From NCBI RefSeq assembly GCF_036365525.1, contig NC_090401.1, positions 42,864,683 to 42,928,682 of the forward strand: a stretch of DNA of 64,000 nucleotides, in the 5' to 3' direction. This document shows, one piece after another, positions 1 through 12,930 of the stretch. Positions within the stretch are counted from its first letter, which is position 1; every line of letters begins with the position of its first letter. The position numbers were made by a program, and so were the translations under genes. A model generated the notes under the pieces. That model did not search any database. It was not told the origin of the DNA and worked only from the letters and a program-made list of their open reading frames with translations. Source of the stretch: Heterodontus francisci. Taxonomy: Eukaryota.

Positions 1-1855
1 TGCAGCGCTCCCTCGGTATTGACCCCCGCGACAGTGCAGCGCTCCCTCTGTGTTGACCCCCGCGACAGTGCAACACTCCCTAGGTACTGACCCCCGTGAC
101 AGTGCAGCGCTCCCTCGGTATTGGCCCCTCCGACAGTGCAGCACTGCCTCGGTATTGACCCCCGCGACAGTGCAACACTCCCTAGGTACTGACCCCCGTG
201 ACAGTGCAGCGCTCCCTCGGTATTGACCCCCGCGACAGTGCAGCGCTCCCTCGGTATTGACCCCCGCGACAGTGCAGCGCTCCCTCGGTATTGACCCCCG
301 CGACACTGTAACGCTCCCTCGGTATTGACCCCCGCGACAGTGCAGCGCTCCCTCGGTATTGACCCCCGCGACAGTGCAGCGCTCCCTCGGTATTGACCCC
401 CGCGACAGTGCAGCGCTCCCTCGGTATTGACCCCCGCGACAGTGCAGCGCTCCCTCGGTATTGACCCCCGCGACAGTGCAGCGCTCCCTCGGTATTGACC
501 CCCGCGACAGTGCAGCGCTCCCTCGGTATTGACCCCCGCGACAGTGCAGCGCTCCCTCGGTATTGACCCCCGCGACAGTGCAGCGCTCCCTCGGTATTGA
601 CCCCCGCGACAGTGCAGCGCTCCCTCGGTATTGACCCCCGCGACAGTGCAGCGCTCCCTCGGTATTGACCCCCGCGACAGTGCAGCGCTCCCTCGGTATT
701 GACCCCCGCGACAGTGCAGCGCGACCTCGGTATTGACCCCCGCGACAGTGCAGCGCGACCTCGGTATTGACCCCCGCGACAGTGCAGCGCTCCCTCGATT
801 TTGACCCCCGCGACAGTGCAGCGCTCCCTCGGTATTGACCCCCGCGACAGTGCAGCGCTCCCTCGGTATTGACCCCTCCGACACTGCAACGCTCCCTCGG
901 TATTGACCCCTCCGACACTGCAACGCTCCCTCGGTATTGACCCCTCCGACACTGCAACTCTCCCTCGGTATTGACCCCTCCGACAGTGCAGCATTCCCTA
1001 GTTATTGACCCCCGTGACAGTGCAACACTCCCTCGGTATTGACCCCCGTGACAGTGCAACACTCCCTCGGTACTGACCCCTCCGACAGAGAGGCGCTCCC
1101 TCGGTATTGACCCCCCGTGACAGTGCAGCGCTCCCTCGGTGTTGACCCCCGTGACAGTGCAGCGCTCCCTCGGTGTTGACCCCCGTGACAGTGCAGCGCT
1201 CCCTTTGTGTTGACCCCCGTGACAGTGCAGCGCTCCCTCTGTGTTGACCCCCGTGACAGTGCAGCGCTCCCTCTGTGTTGACCCCCGTGACAGTGCAGCG
1301 CTCCCTCGGTGTTGACCCCCGTGACAGTGCAGCGCTCCTTCGGTGTTGACCCCCGTGACACTGCAGCGCTCCCTCGGTATTGACCCCTCCGACACTGCAA
1401 CGCTCCCTCGGTATTGACCCCTCCGACCGTGCAGCGCTCCCTCGGTATTGACCCCTCCGACACTGCAACGCTCCCTCGGTATTGACCCCTCTGACAGTGC
1501 AGCATTCCCTTGTTATTGACCCCTCTGACAGTGCAGCACTCTCTCGGTATTGACCCCTCTGACACTGCAGCGCTCCCTCGGTATTGACCCATCCGACCGT
1601 GCAGCACTCCCTCGGTATTGACCCCTCCGACCGTGCAGCACTCCCTCGGTATTGACCCCTCCGACCGTGCAGCACTCCCTCGGTATTGACCCCTCCGACA
1701 CTGCAACACTCCCTCGGTATTGACCCCTCCGACAGTGCAGCAGTCCCTCGGTATTGTCCCCTCCGACAGTGCAGCGCATCCTCTGTGTTGACCCCTCCGA
1801 CTGCGCGGTGCTCCCCCAGTACTGCCCCCTATGACTGCGCGGTGCTCCCCCAGTG
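1..1855. repeat. 34-bp minisatellite (~54 copies visible, truncated by the window start), derived from an internal motif of a tRNA-SINE
   Basis: Unit cgacagtgcagcgctccctcggtattgacccccg, with blocks of cgtg/tccg variants. The ORF track repeats every 34 aa (3 units). The reverse complement matches the SINE motif cagtactgagggagtgctgcattgtc at ~50446-50471. Confidence 0.95.
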
Positions 1856-1945
1856 ATGCACTGGCTTATGGGCCTAGATTAAGAGGTTGAAGTCCTTGAG
1901 TTTGGCTCAAATCCATGACCTACTGACCCAGGTGAGAGTGCATTC
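1856..1945 (-). mobile_element. 5' (tRNA-like) head of the SINE that seeded the 34-bp array
   Basis: Reverse complement gcactctcacctgggtcagtaggtcatggatttgagcc...cttaatctaggccc resembles the SINE heads at ~5240-5345, ~50365-50445 and ~54725-54800. Confidence 0.6.
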
Positions 1946-2529
1946 TTTGAGCCAAGGATCGGAGTCTGTCTCCAGGACTCTGGCTGTGGTAGGGAGCCTG
2001 GTTGGGCACACATTGGGAGAGCCTGTGGCAGGGCACATGGCAAGGGGTCTGATCTGGGAGTGCAGCTGGGCCGAGACATGGAGCCTGGTAAAAATATTCA
2101 CATAGTAAGTGTGTGCTGTCTGCTGAAGGAAGCTGTTTAATGGCTGGTGAAATACTGGCATCCATTGAGCAGCCGAGGCTTAGGGTGTCTGAAAATATAC
2201 CGGTACCAATTATTGGACAGTTGGATTTGTAGGATTGGGTCTCAGTGGATTGGAAGATCTTTAAGCTGTCAGATCCGATAAGTTGGAGCAGGTTCTGAAT
2301 GAACTGCCATTCTTCACAGAAGTCTAAGAACCTTGAAGCTGTATCCGGGCCGGTTTTTGGGTTGGCTAATGTCTACCTGGAGCAATAGAAAGCTGTAGCA
2401 ATTGTGAATAGTTTGAAGAGAATGTCAGCAGCAGTGGATCAGGCTATATTCAGACAATCAGTTGGGTATTGAGATGATTACAGAATAATAATTACGCAAC
2501 ATCCTGAGACAATACCCTCTGTCAGACAC

Positions 2530-3240
2530 TCGGCACTGGAGGTGATCATTCAGCCCATCAAACCTGTTCTGTCATACCATTAGATTATGGCTGATCTGTA
2601 TCCATCTACCTGCCTTAGTTCCATAACCCTTAATATCATGAGTCCGCGAATCTGGTGTTGTTGCCAGTCTGGGAGAACCCATGTGGTGAATTCAGGGAGA
2701 AAAGCAGTTGGTGTGTACCCTAAAAGCCCTGACTGTTATTGGTAAGGATTATAAATCGAGGTAAATAAAACTCTGACTCCAGTCCTCCGTCGGGCTTGAC
2801 TCCATTGTGCCTACTTGCACTTCTGTCCAGTATTCTAAGGCTGTGCAGTGTTGCCCTTTCTTACCGTACAGAAATGGGTAGTCTGATAGGCCATGCTCAT
2901 ATTTATACTTTACACCTTTCTCCCTCATCTTCATCTAGTTTCCCTTTAATTGCATCTATGCTATTTGCCTCAACCACTTCCTGGAGTAGCGAGTTCCACA
3001 TTCTAACCTCTCTGGCTAAATAACTTTTTTGAGAATTCTGTATTGGATTTATTAGTTTTAGCATTTATTAGATTTATTTTATTTTTATGGCCCCTAGTTT
3101 TAGACTTTTCCACAAGTGGAAACATCACTACACCTACCCGATGAAGCCCTTTCATAATCCTGAAGCCCTCTATCAGGTCACCCCTCATATAGAAAAGAAC
3201 CCCTTTCTTGATAGATGTAACCTTTCAGTTTAGCTATCGT
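2530..3240 (-). mobile_element. Degraded CR1 LINE 3' fragments
   Basis: Translation RGDLIEGFRIMKGL...FPLVEKSKTRGH is the typical CR1 ORF2 C-terminus. Confidence 0.7.
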
Positions 3241-3280
3241 CTAAGTAAATCGTTTTTACACCAGCTTCAGTGCAGCAGGA

Positions 3281-4140
3281 CTGGACCGGGCGTGTGCGGC
3301 AGGGCCAGGCGGCTGGACCGGGCGTGTGCGGCAGGGCCAGGCGGCTGGACCGGGCGTGTGCGGCAGGGCCAGGCGGCTGGACCGGGCTTCTGCGGCAGGG
3401 CCAGGCGGCTGGACCGGGCGTCTGCGGCAGGGCCAGGCGGCTGGACCGGGCGTCTGCGGCAGGGCCAGGCGGCTGGACCGGGCGTCTGCGGCAGGGCCAG
3501 GCGGCTGGACCGGGCGTCTGCGGCAGGGCCAGGCGGCTGGACCGGGCGTCTGCGGCAGGGCCAGGCGGCTGGACCGGGCGTCTGCGGCAGGACCGGGCGT
3601 CTGCGGCAGGGCCAGGCGGCTGGACCGGGCATCTGCGGCAGGGCCAGGCGGCTGGACCGGGCGTCTGCGGCAGGGCCAGGCGGCTGGACCGGGCGTCTGC
3701 GGCAGGGCCAGGCGGCTGGACCGGGCGTCTGCGGCAGGGCCAGGCGGCTGGACCGGGCGTCTGCGGCAGGGCCAGGCGGCTGGACCGGGCGTCTGCGGCA
3801 GGGCCAGGCGGCTGGACCGGGCGTCTGCGGCAGGGCCAGGCGGCTGGACCGGGCGTCTGCGGCAGGGCCAGGCGGCTGGACCGGGCGTCTGCGGCAGGGC
3901 CAGGCGGCTGGACCGGGCGTCTGCGGCAGGGCCAGGCGGCTGGACCGGGCGTCTGCGGCAGGGCCAGGCGGCTGGACCGGGCGTCTGCGGCAGGGCCAGG
4001 CGGCTGGACCGGGCGTCTGCGGCAGGGCCAGGCGGCTGGACCGGGGGCCAGGCGGCTGGACCGGGCGTCTGCGGCAGGGCCAGGCGGCTGGACCGGGCGT
4101 CTGCGGCAGGGCCAGGCGGCTGGACTGGGCGTCTGTGGCA
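3281..4140. repeat. 32-bp CpG-rich minisatellite (~26 copies)
   Basis: Unit gcggcagggccaggcggctggaccgggcgtct; near-perfect, with two internally deleted units near 3590 and 4045. Confidence 0.95.
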
Positions 4141-4719
4141 GATTAGATTCTGCAGCTGCCTGTCTGTCCATTCAGGATGTGAGTCTCTGCCAGCTTTGCT
4201 CTCTCTCTACTTTTACTGATCTCTACTTCAGCAGCTATGTCTTGATCCTTGGGTAGTCTTTCATTTTCATATTCAGCTCTGCCAAAATATTTAAATAATT
4301 TTTTAAAGACACCCATTTTGTTATGTTGAAGGCAGCATAAAAATATAACTTGCTGCTGCTACTGCTGCAAGAGTGAAACCAGCTGAAATATTGTGGAGCT
4401 TGTTTGGTGGGAGAGTTGTTTGCCGAGATGTAGACACTGAGCTGTTGAAGTTTCCTGAATGGCTGAAACACATGTAAGTTGCATCACGTCATCCCACATT
4501 GGAGGCCGAGACTATGATGGAACTTGGGCTGTGTATCAGTACAGCCCTGATGGTGCAGTTCTGTATAGAGAGAGAGACTGGAAGACTCTTCAAAAGTAAT
4601 TCATTGGCTGTGATGCACTTTGGGGTATCCTGAGGTTGTGAAAGGTGCTTTATAAATTTTCTTATACACGTTTTTCTTTCTTTCAAAAGGAATTGTGAAC
4701 ATCTTTCTGCAAATATTTA

Positions 4720-4845
4720 AACAAAAGAAAAATACCACGGATGCTGGAAGTCTGAAATAAAAGCAGAAAATGCTGGAAACACTCAGCAGGTCAGGCAGTA
4801 TCTGTGGAGAGGGAAACAGAGTTAACGTTTCAGGTCAATGACCTT
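4720..4845 (-). mobile_element. Penelope-like pLTR end fragment (hammerhead region)
   Basis: ggatgctggaagtctgaaataaaagcagaaaatgctggaaacactcagcaggtc...gagttaacgtttcaggtc is a diverged match to 57030-57145. Confidence 0.8.
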
Positions 4846-5234
4846 GCACGGGTGCTCATGGAATCCTAACCACCATCACTGTCCCACTGATCAGTGAGGG
4901 AGGGGCGGCCATGGCAGAGAAATACCATCTGTCACTGTTCATTTGAAGGAAGTGGGGAGTTGACGTTGACTGTGACTAACTGAGCAAAAGGATGAATTGT
5001 TGTAAGAATGTCAGACTGATGAAAGCTTAACAATTACCTCTTTGGGGTAGGATGAAGTGATAAATGTAATCCTCAACCTGCTGAATATATGTGATGCAAT
5101 GGGAGATGGAAGGATGTTGAATGGTTCCAGTTTATTGTGAGACAGGATCAAAGATGACACCAGGGGTGTTTGATTGTCCTCAGCAACTTGTCTCATGCAG
5201 CCAGTACTCATCGCCCATGAGCTGAGTAACTGGT

Positions 5235-5995
5235 TCAGGCCACGGCTGTATCTCAGTGGGCAGTGCTCTTAGCTCTGAGTCAGAATGTTCTGGTTTCAAG
5301 TCCCACACCAGAGACTTGAGCGCGTAATCAAGGCTGATACTCCAAGGCAGTGCAGAGGCAGTGCTGCACCGTCGGGGAGGCAGGGCGGAGGGAGCGCTGC
5401 ACCGTCGGGGAGGCAGGGCGGAGGGAGCGCTGCACCGTCGGGGAGGCAGGGCGGAGGGAGCGCTGCACCGTCGGGGAGGCAGGGCGGAGGGAGCGCTGCA
5501 CCGTCGGGGAGGCAGGGCGGAGGGAGCGCTGCACCGTCGGGGAGGCAGGGCGGAGGGAGCGCTGCACCGTCGGGGAGGCAGGGCGGAGGGAGCGCTGCAC
5601 CGTCGGGGAGGCAGGGCGGAGGGAGCGCTGCACCGTCGGGGAGGCAGGGCGGAGGGAGCGCTGCACCGTCGGGGAGGCAGGGCGGAGGGAGCGCTGCACC
5701 GTCGGGGAGGCAGGGCGGAGGGAGCGCTGCACCGTCGGGGAGGCAGGGCGGAGGGAGCGCTGCACCGTCGGGGAGGCAGGGCGGAGGGAGCGCTGCACCG
5801 TCGGGGAGGCAGGGCGGAGGGAGCGCTGCACTGTCTCAAAGCTGTCATCTTTCAGATGAGATGTTAACTGAGGCACGTCAGGCCTCTCGGGTAGATATAA
5901 AATATCCCACTGCCAGTATTTTGAAGGAAAGCAGAAGAGTTCTCCCCAGTGTCCTGGTCAATAATTATCCCTCAACCAGCATCACAAAAAAAAGA
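5235..5995 (+). mobile_element. tRNA-derived SINE (DeuSINE/SacSINE1-like) with an internal tandem expansion
   Basis: A/B-box-like head (ctcagtggg...ggtttcaagtccc), then the array, then the SINE body tttcagatgagatgttaactgagg...tcctggtcaataattatccctcaacc. Colinear with the unexpanded copy at 50365-50760. Confidence 0.75.
5361..5835. repeat. 33-bp perfect minisatellite (~14 copies) inside the SINE
   Basis: Unit gcgctgcaccgtcggggaggcagggcggaggga; 11-aa periodicity in the ORF track. Confidence 0.95.
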
Positions 5996-5997
5996 CT

Positions 5998-6950
5998 ATA
6001 GAATCATAGAGTAGTACAGTACAGGAGGAGACAATTCAGCTTATCAAGTCTGTGTCAGCTCTTTCAAAGAACAATCAAGTTAGTCCCATTTCCCTCACTC
6101 TTTCCCCATATCCCTGTAATTCTTTCCCTTTCAAGTATTTATTCAGTTCCCTTTTGAAGGCTGCAATTGTATCTTCCACCTACCTGGCAATGCATTTCAA
6201 ATCCTAACCTCTCGTTGCGCAAAAATATTTTTCCTCGTGTTGCCTCTGGTTCTTTTGCCAATCACCTTAAATCTGTGCCCTCTGGTTATTGACCCTTCAG
6301 CCATTGAAAACAGTTTCTCTTTAGTTACTCTATCTAAACCCTTCATGGTTTTAAACATATCTATCAAATCTCCTCTTTGTCTTTTGTGCTCTAAGGGGAA
6401 GAACTCCAGCTTCTCCAGTCTATCCACATAACTCTCTTTCCCAGAGTCATTCTAGTAAATCTCTACTGTACCTTCTGCAAAGCCTTTATGCTCTTCCTAA
6501 AGTGTGGAACCTAGAATCGGACATAATAATGCAGCTGGGGCTGAACTAATGTGTTATATAGGTTTAACATAACTTGCTAGCTTTTGTACTCTCTGCCCTA
6601 TTTATAAAGCCCACAATCCCCTGGACTTTAACTCATGCCTATACTTTGTTAACTTTCCTGCCACCTTCAAAGATTTGTGTACAAACACCCCCAGGTGTCT
6701 CTATTCTTTCAAAATTGTACCATTTAGCATGTATTGTCTCTTTATTATTTCTACCAAAGTGCATCACATATCATTTCTGCATTGAATTTCATCTGCGATG
6801 TGGACATTGCTGGCAAGGTCAGCATTTGTTGCCACTTCCAAGTTTTGCGTCATATGCAAATTAAAAATTTTACCCTGTGCCCCCCAGTCCAAGTCATTAA
6901 TATATATTAAAAAATAGCAGTGTTCCTAGTACTGAACCTTGGAGAACACC
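5998..6950 (-). mobile_element. CR1 LINE 3' fragment
   Basis: (ATAGAATC)-type tail at ~6000; translation LEKLEFFPLEHKRQRGDLIDMFK...TRGH. Confidence 0.8.
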
Positions 6951-7139
6951 CTCCTCAAGAATAATGTCACTAAAATACCAGGAACATAACTAACAGGAGG
7001 CCAGACTGGAGCCTTGGGATTGCTGAAGATGACGAGTGCAGGAAGGGTGGTCATTGCAGATGTGTTGGTTACGTTGGGCAGTGTCATGTATCAGTAAATG
7101 GCATCGATGGCTGTAGATTGGAAGGGGAAGGGCAGAGTG

Positions 7140-8910
7140 GGACAGGAGAATTATTGAACGGGCGCTCGGGCCCTGCCCTGCTAATCTCCGCCTTGGTTCG
7201 GACTCCATTTTTTCTGCTTGCGTCTCTGTGAACTGCCTTGGGACATTTAAAGGTTCTTGCCTGCCTACTCCACCCCTCACCTCCAACAACATTGGTAAGG
7301 AGCTCATGGACTTCTTTGTCACTAAGATTGAGTGAATCCTGCCTCGGCCTCTTTGCTCCCTTTCACTAGCTCACCAGGCCAACTTCTTGTGAGGCTTCCT
7401 CCTACCTCAGCCCTGAATGCTCATCTTTTGGTGTTTTTATTCGTTCATGGGATCTGGGCATTGCTGGCAAGGCCAGCATTTATTATCCATCCCTAATTGC
7501 CCTCGAGAAGATGGTGGGGATGCAAGTTTCTCTCCTGTCTCCCCTCATGCCCTCTCTGAGCTCAGCTTGTCCATAAAACCCTTCCTCATTCTTATGCTAG
7601 CTGACAGTGTAAATGTTTCCCTCTCCTCATGTACAGTCCCCATCCCCATCAAATCTGCTGTCATCACATCTTGCATCAAAAAAAACATCCTTGATCTCTC
7701 TAGCTTTGTGAACTACTGCCTCATCTCCAACCTCCCCTTCTTCTCAAAGTCATTGAATCCATGCCGATCTTTCCCCCACTCCATGCTTGGATCTCTGCAA
7801 TCAGGTTTCCATCCCTGCCACAGGATTTAAACAGCCGATATCAAAGTCAAAATGACATCCGATATGACTGTGACCGTGGTAAACTATCCCTCCTCATCCT
7901 CTCTTCCATTGTTCAGTTAAGTGGTTCAACTTTTACCACTCTGATTGTAGCCAGAGTATCTCGTGCTATGGCTTCTCTTCCTGTCTATTACCTATGGAGT
8001 CTCCCAAGAATCTATCCTTGGCCACTCCTCTTCCTCATCTACATGCTGCCCCTTGGCAAAATCATCTGCAGATATGGGGTCAGCTTCCATGGGTAAACTG
8101 ATGCCGCCTCATTATACTTCGTCACCATCTCGTTCTACCTCTCCACCACCCCTCTCATCCGTGCCTTTGTTACCTCCGCATTCAACTATTCCAACATGTT
8201 CCTAGCCAGCATCCCGTCTTCCACTCCCTGTAAACTTCCACTCATCCAAAATTCTGCTGTCTCTATCAACAATAACAACTCACAGCTTCACTTGGCAGCT
8301 TCATGTGCAGCACTAGTGGCAGAACCTGCCTCTCAAGGATTGGCCTTCACAGCCATCAGCAAAGGTGCACCAAGCGAAGACACCCCACCTAAATGGATTG
8401 TTTGCTGTGTGTCCATCATCTTTCGTAGATGGAAGAATGCCAACCAACCATATCCTAACTTTCACCATGTCATAGTTTCCCATCATCCCTGTGCTTACTG
8501 ACCTACAGTGGCTCTCAGCTGAGCAACAACTCAGATTTAAATCTCTCATCCTTGTTTTCAAATCCCTCCATGGCCTTGCCGCTCCCTACCTCTGTAACCT
8601 CCTCTCAAGTCCGACAACCTTCTGACATCTCTGCACTCTTCCAATTTTGGCCTGTTGCACATCCCTGATTTTTTGTTTGTTCCACCATTGGTTGCTGTGC
8701 CTTCAGCTGCCAAGGCCCTAATCTCTGGAATTCCCTCCCTAAACCTCTCTGTCTCTCTACCTGTCTTTCTTCCTTTAAGGTGCTTCTTAAAATCTACATC
8801 TTTGCTGTTTCCATCCTCTTTCTTTCATTTGATGTCCATTGTTTGCCTGTAGGGCGCATGGGGCGTTTTTCTACATTAAAAGTGCAACAGAAATGCAAAT
8901 AGTTGTTGAG
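7140..8910 (+). mobile_element. Degraded L2 LINE with small nested insertions
   Basis: Remnants ISNLPFFSK, LQSGF, GVSQESILG; L2-type tail acattaaaagtgcaacagaaatgcaaatagttgttg at ~8875-8908. Confidence 0.65.
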
Positions 8911-9088
8911 CGAGAAGCTGATGTGCTGCAGTGAGAGAATGATTTTTCGTTGTATTTTCAAATCTTTGTATTAGTAAAACAACAAACTGAGTAACAGCCT
9001 TGATCGCCTGGGGCCTGGATTAGAGTTTTGAGTAGACTGCACGTACATTAGTCATCATAAACCAGTTTAGCAACAAATGCCTGCAGGT

Positions 9089-9760
9089 ATAGAATCATAG
9101 AATCTTAAATCACAGAAGGAGGCCTTTCATCCCATAATAGTGCCAGTGCTCTTTGAAATATCTGTCCATTTTAGTTCCACAGCCCTGTTTTTGTTTCCTC
9201 ATAACCATGAAAATTCATCCTCTTTGAGTGTCTTTTGAAATGTCCTATAGAATCTGCTTCCACCACTCTTTCAGGGAGTGTATTCCAGATCACAACTACC
9301 CTGCCTGTGAAAACGTTTCTCCTCATTTTCCCTCTAGTTTTTTAGCTAATTATTTTAAATCTATGACCTCTGGTTACCGGCCCACTTGTCAAAGGAAACA
9401 GTATCTCCCGACTTGCTCGATTGAAACCCCTCGGAATTTTGAATACTTGTATTGTGTCTTCCCTTAACCTTCTCTGCCCTAAGGATAACAATCCCAGTTT
9501 ATCCAATCTCTCCAGATAACTGAAGTCCCTCTTCCTTGGTATCATCCTGGTGAACCTGCTCTGTACTCTCTCCAAAGCCTTGGCATCCTTCCTAAAGTTC
9601 GGTGCCCATAATTGTACAAAATCCTCCAGCTGAGACCTAACCAGTGATTTGTAAAGGTTTAGTATAACTTGCTTGTTTTTGTATTTGGTGCCACTATTTC
9701 CAAAGGCAGGTATCATGTATGCGTTCTCAACTGTCTTATCAACTTGACCTGCCGTTCTTG
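9089..9760 (-). mobile_element. CR1 LINE 3' fragment
   Basis: Tail atagaatcatagaatc; translation LYKSLVRSQLEDFVQLWAP...ALERVQSRFTRMIP. Confidence 0.85.
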
Positions 9761-10049
9761 ATGGTAATCTCAGTTCATTTTGGGGTTTCTGCCAGTGTTC
9801 TGGGTACTGAGTCAAGTGCAGAAATACCCTGTCGGTGTTCTTTCCCAAGGAGGGGGAATGAACCCGCAAACAGTTTAGTTTAAGGACACTCCAACAGCAG
9901 GCCTCCTACTGGTTGGTTGTTTAAAGTGGGGGTAGTTAGTTGGTAACTGCCTCTGTATATGGGGTGCGGGCGCATCACAGCCTCTGTGTATGGGGTGCGA
10001 GTGTGTAAGTGCCCCTGTGTCTCAACACGACTGGGAGATAGCACAGTGT

Positions 10050-11640
10050 GACGATATCTACTATAAGCCCACCAATTTTCTTGGTTAATCTCCAGATAAT
10101 ACTTCCTCCCAGCCCACTTCCCGTAAGGACTCCGTTCCATTCTGCCAATTTCTCTGTGGCACTGTTCCAACAATGCCACCTTCCACACCGGTGCTTCTGG
10201 TATGTCTTCCTTTTTCCTCACCTGTGGATTCCCCTCCACTGTAGCTGGAGGGGCCTTCCATCTTGTCCGTCCCATTTCCCACTCTTCCACTCTTACCCCT
10301 TCTTATTACTCCCTGGACCACAATAGGATCCTCTTCGTCCTCACCTTGCATCCCACCAGCCTCAAGCATCAAAAGTATCATTCTCTGCCATTTCCACCGC
10401 CTCCAGCATTCTGAAGGGACCATTCTCTCTGTGACACCTTGATCCACTCTTCCATCACCCAAGCATATGAAGAACAGGAAATGCAACAACTGCCCTTTCA
10501 CATTCTCCCGCCCCACCGTCCAAAGCCCAAACATTCGTTCTGGAAGATATAGCAATTTACTTGCACTTCTTTCAACTTAGTATATTTGTTACCCCTAGAC
10601 ATGATTCCTCCAACACACTCCTGGCTGGCCTCCCACATTCTAACCTCTGTAAACTTGAGGTCATCCAAAACTCTACTACTCCTATCTTAATTCGCACCAG
10701 GTCCTGTTTACTCATCACCCCTGTGCTCACTGACCTATATTGGCTCCTGGATAAGCAACCCCACAATTTTAAAATGTTCATCCTTCTTTACAAATCCCTT
10801 CATAGCCGCACACTCCCTATCTCTTTAATCTCCTCCAGCGCTACAACTAACAAGATATCTGTGCTTATCTAATTATGGTTTCTTGTACATCCCTAATTTT
10901 AATTGCTTCCCCATTGGCAGCCGTGCCTTCAGCTGCCAAGGCCCTAAGCTCTGGAATTCCCTCTCTAAACCTCTCCACCTCTTTTTCCTTCTTTAAGGCT
11001 CTTCTTAAAATCTACCTCTTTGATCAAACTTTTGTTCATTATTCTAATGTGGCTCAGTGTCAAATTTTGTTTGACGCTCCTGTGAAGCACCTTGGGATAT
11101 TTTACGACATTAAAGGCACTATATAAATGCAAGTTGTTACTGTATTTCATTTGTGGTTTATGATGCAGTCTCTTCTACACTGGGATGACAACAGCAATTG
11201 GGTGATTGCTGAACAACTTCCTTCTGTCTGCAGGCATAGCCCTGAGCTTCCAGTCGCTTGCCAGTTTATTTCTCCATCCCCATTCCGTCTGAACACTCTG
11301 TCTTCATCCTCCTATACTGTTCTAATGAAGGTCAACGCGAGCTCATAGAATAGCACCTCATCTTTTGATTAGGCATGTTACAACCAGCCTCAACGTTGAG
11401 TTCAGCAACTTCAGATTGTAACCATGCTCCCATTATCATGGCAGTAGCTGCTGTTAATGGTTCTGCTGTTGGCATTTACAGCTCCTTTCGATCCATCTTT
11501 AATTTTTTTTTACTTGTCCCATTACCACCCCCTTTTGCCTTGCACCATCATCCCTTTTGCTGTTTAATCACTCCGGCACTCCACTCTTATCACAGATCTT
11601 CCCTTTTGTTCTTTCTTTACCTCCCCTCCCCCACCACCTC
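10050..11640 (+). mobile_element. Old Penelope-like element 3' portion, interrupted by an L2 fragment (~10585-11145)
   Basis: 10050-10580 matches the YKPT/KDSIPFSQF/LTFHPTSL region of the 916-aa ORF. 11170-11420 matches its GIY-YIG C-terminus. The intervening block ends in the L2 tail ttaaaggcactatataaatgcaagttgtt. Confidence 0.75.
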
Positions 11641-11689
11641 TGCACTTGATTATCAACTGTTAAACTATTTGGCTTTTATTACACTGTAT

Positions 11690-12930
11690 GTACAGCACAG
11701 AAACAGATCATTGAGCCCAACATCTCAACATCTTCCTATCAAACTCTTTCATAACAGGTCCATACTAGTATTTATGCTCCATAATAGCTTCCTCCCACCC
11801 TACCACCATATCCTTCTATTTCTTTCTCCCTTGTGTGTTTAATCTAGCTTCCCCTTAAATGCATCTATACTATTTGCCTTGACTGCTCCTTGTGGTAGAG
11901 TTCCACATTCTAACCACTCTCTGGTTAAAGACATTTCTCCTAAATTCCCTACTGGATTTATTCGTGACTATCTTATTTATACCCTCTCCATTTGTGGGCA
12001 AGACCAGACTTAAATGTTTTCTCTGTCTATCCTATCAAATTCTTTCATTTCCTTAAAGACCTCTATCAGGTCACCCCTCGGTCTTCTTTCTGGAGAAAAG
12101 AGCTCCAGCTAATTCAATCTTTCTTGACAGGTATAACCTTTCTATTCTGTTATCATTCTTGTAAATCTTTTTGCACTTTCTCCAGTGCCTTTATATCCTA
12201 TTTATAATATGGAGACCAGAACTGTGCACAGTATGCCAAGTATGTTCTAAACAAGGTTCTGTACAGGTTTAGCATAACTTCTCTGCTTTTCAATTCTATC
12301 CCTCTATAAATGAGCTCAGTGCTTTGCTTGCCTTTTTTTATGGCTTTATTAAATTGTGTCACTACTTTTAGTGATTTGTGCATCTGTACCACCAGATCCA
12401 TCTGTTTCTCTGCCCCATTTAGATGCTTTGCAAGGTATATGTGGCTTTTATTATTCCCAGTAAAACATAACACCTCAGACTTGATTGTATTGACATTCAT
12501 TTGCCAGTTACATGTGCATTCTGTAAGTTTATTAATGTCTTTCTGTATTTTGTTGCAGTCCTCCTCTGTGTTAACTACACCCCCAATTTAATGTCAGCTG
12601 CACATTTTGAAATTGTACTTTTGACTCCTCAGCCCAAATTGTTTATGTAAATGATAAACAACAGGGGTCCCAGCACCGGTCCCTGTGAAAGACCAATCCC
12701 CACCTTTTGCCAGTCTGAGTAACATTCTGTTTTGTAGCCAGTTTTCTATCCATTCTGATACTAATCCCTGACTCCACTTAGTCATGAGTCTACTGTGTGG
12801 TATTTCCTCAAAGGCCTTTTGGAAATCCAAATATATTACAGCTGCATTACCCTTGTCTATTATGTCTGTTACTATTCCAAAGTCTTCAATAAGGTTGGTC
12901 AACCATGACCACTTTGGAAATCCTTGCTCA
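11690..12930 (-). mobile_element. CR1 LINE fragment(s)
   Basis: Translations YLDFQKAFEEIPH and RGIELKSREVMLNLYRTL...CAQFWSPY. Confidence 0.8.

Noticed and set aside
5240-5320. tRNA gene (also ~50370 and ~54730)
   Set aside because: Only degenerate A/B boxes, with no cloverleaf; these are SINE heads.
182-6001. Long overlapping ORFs in several frames (182-1779, 3208-4256, 5180-6001)
   Set aside because: By-products of GC-rich 34-, 32- and 33-bp tandem repeats that lack stop codons.
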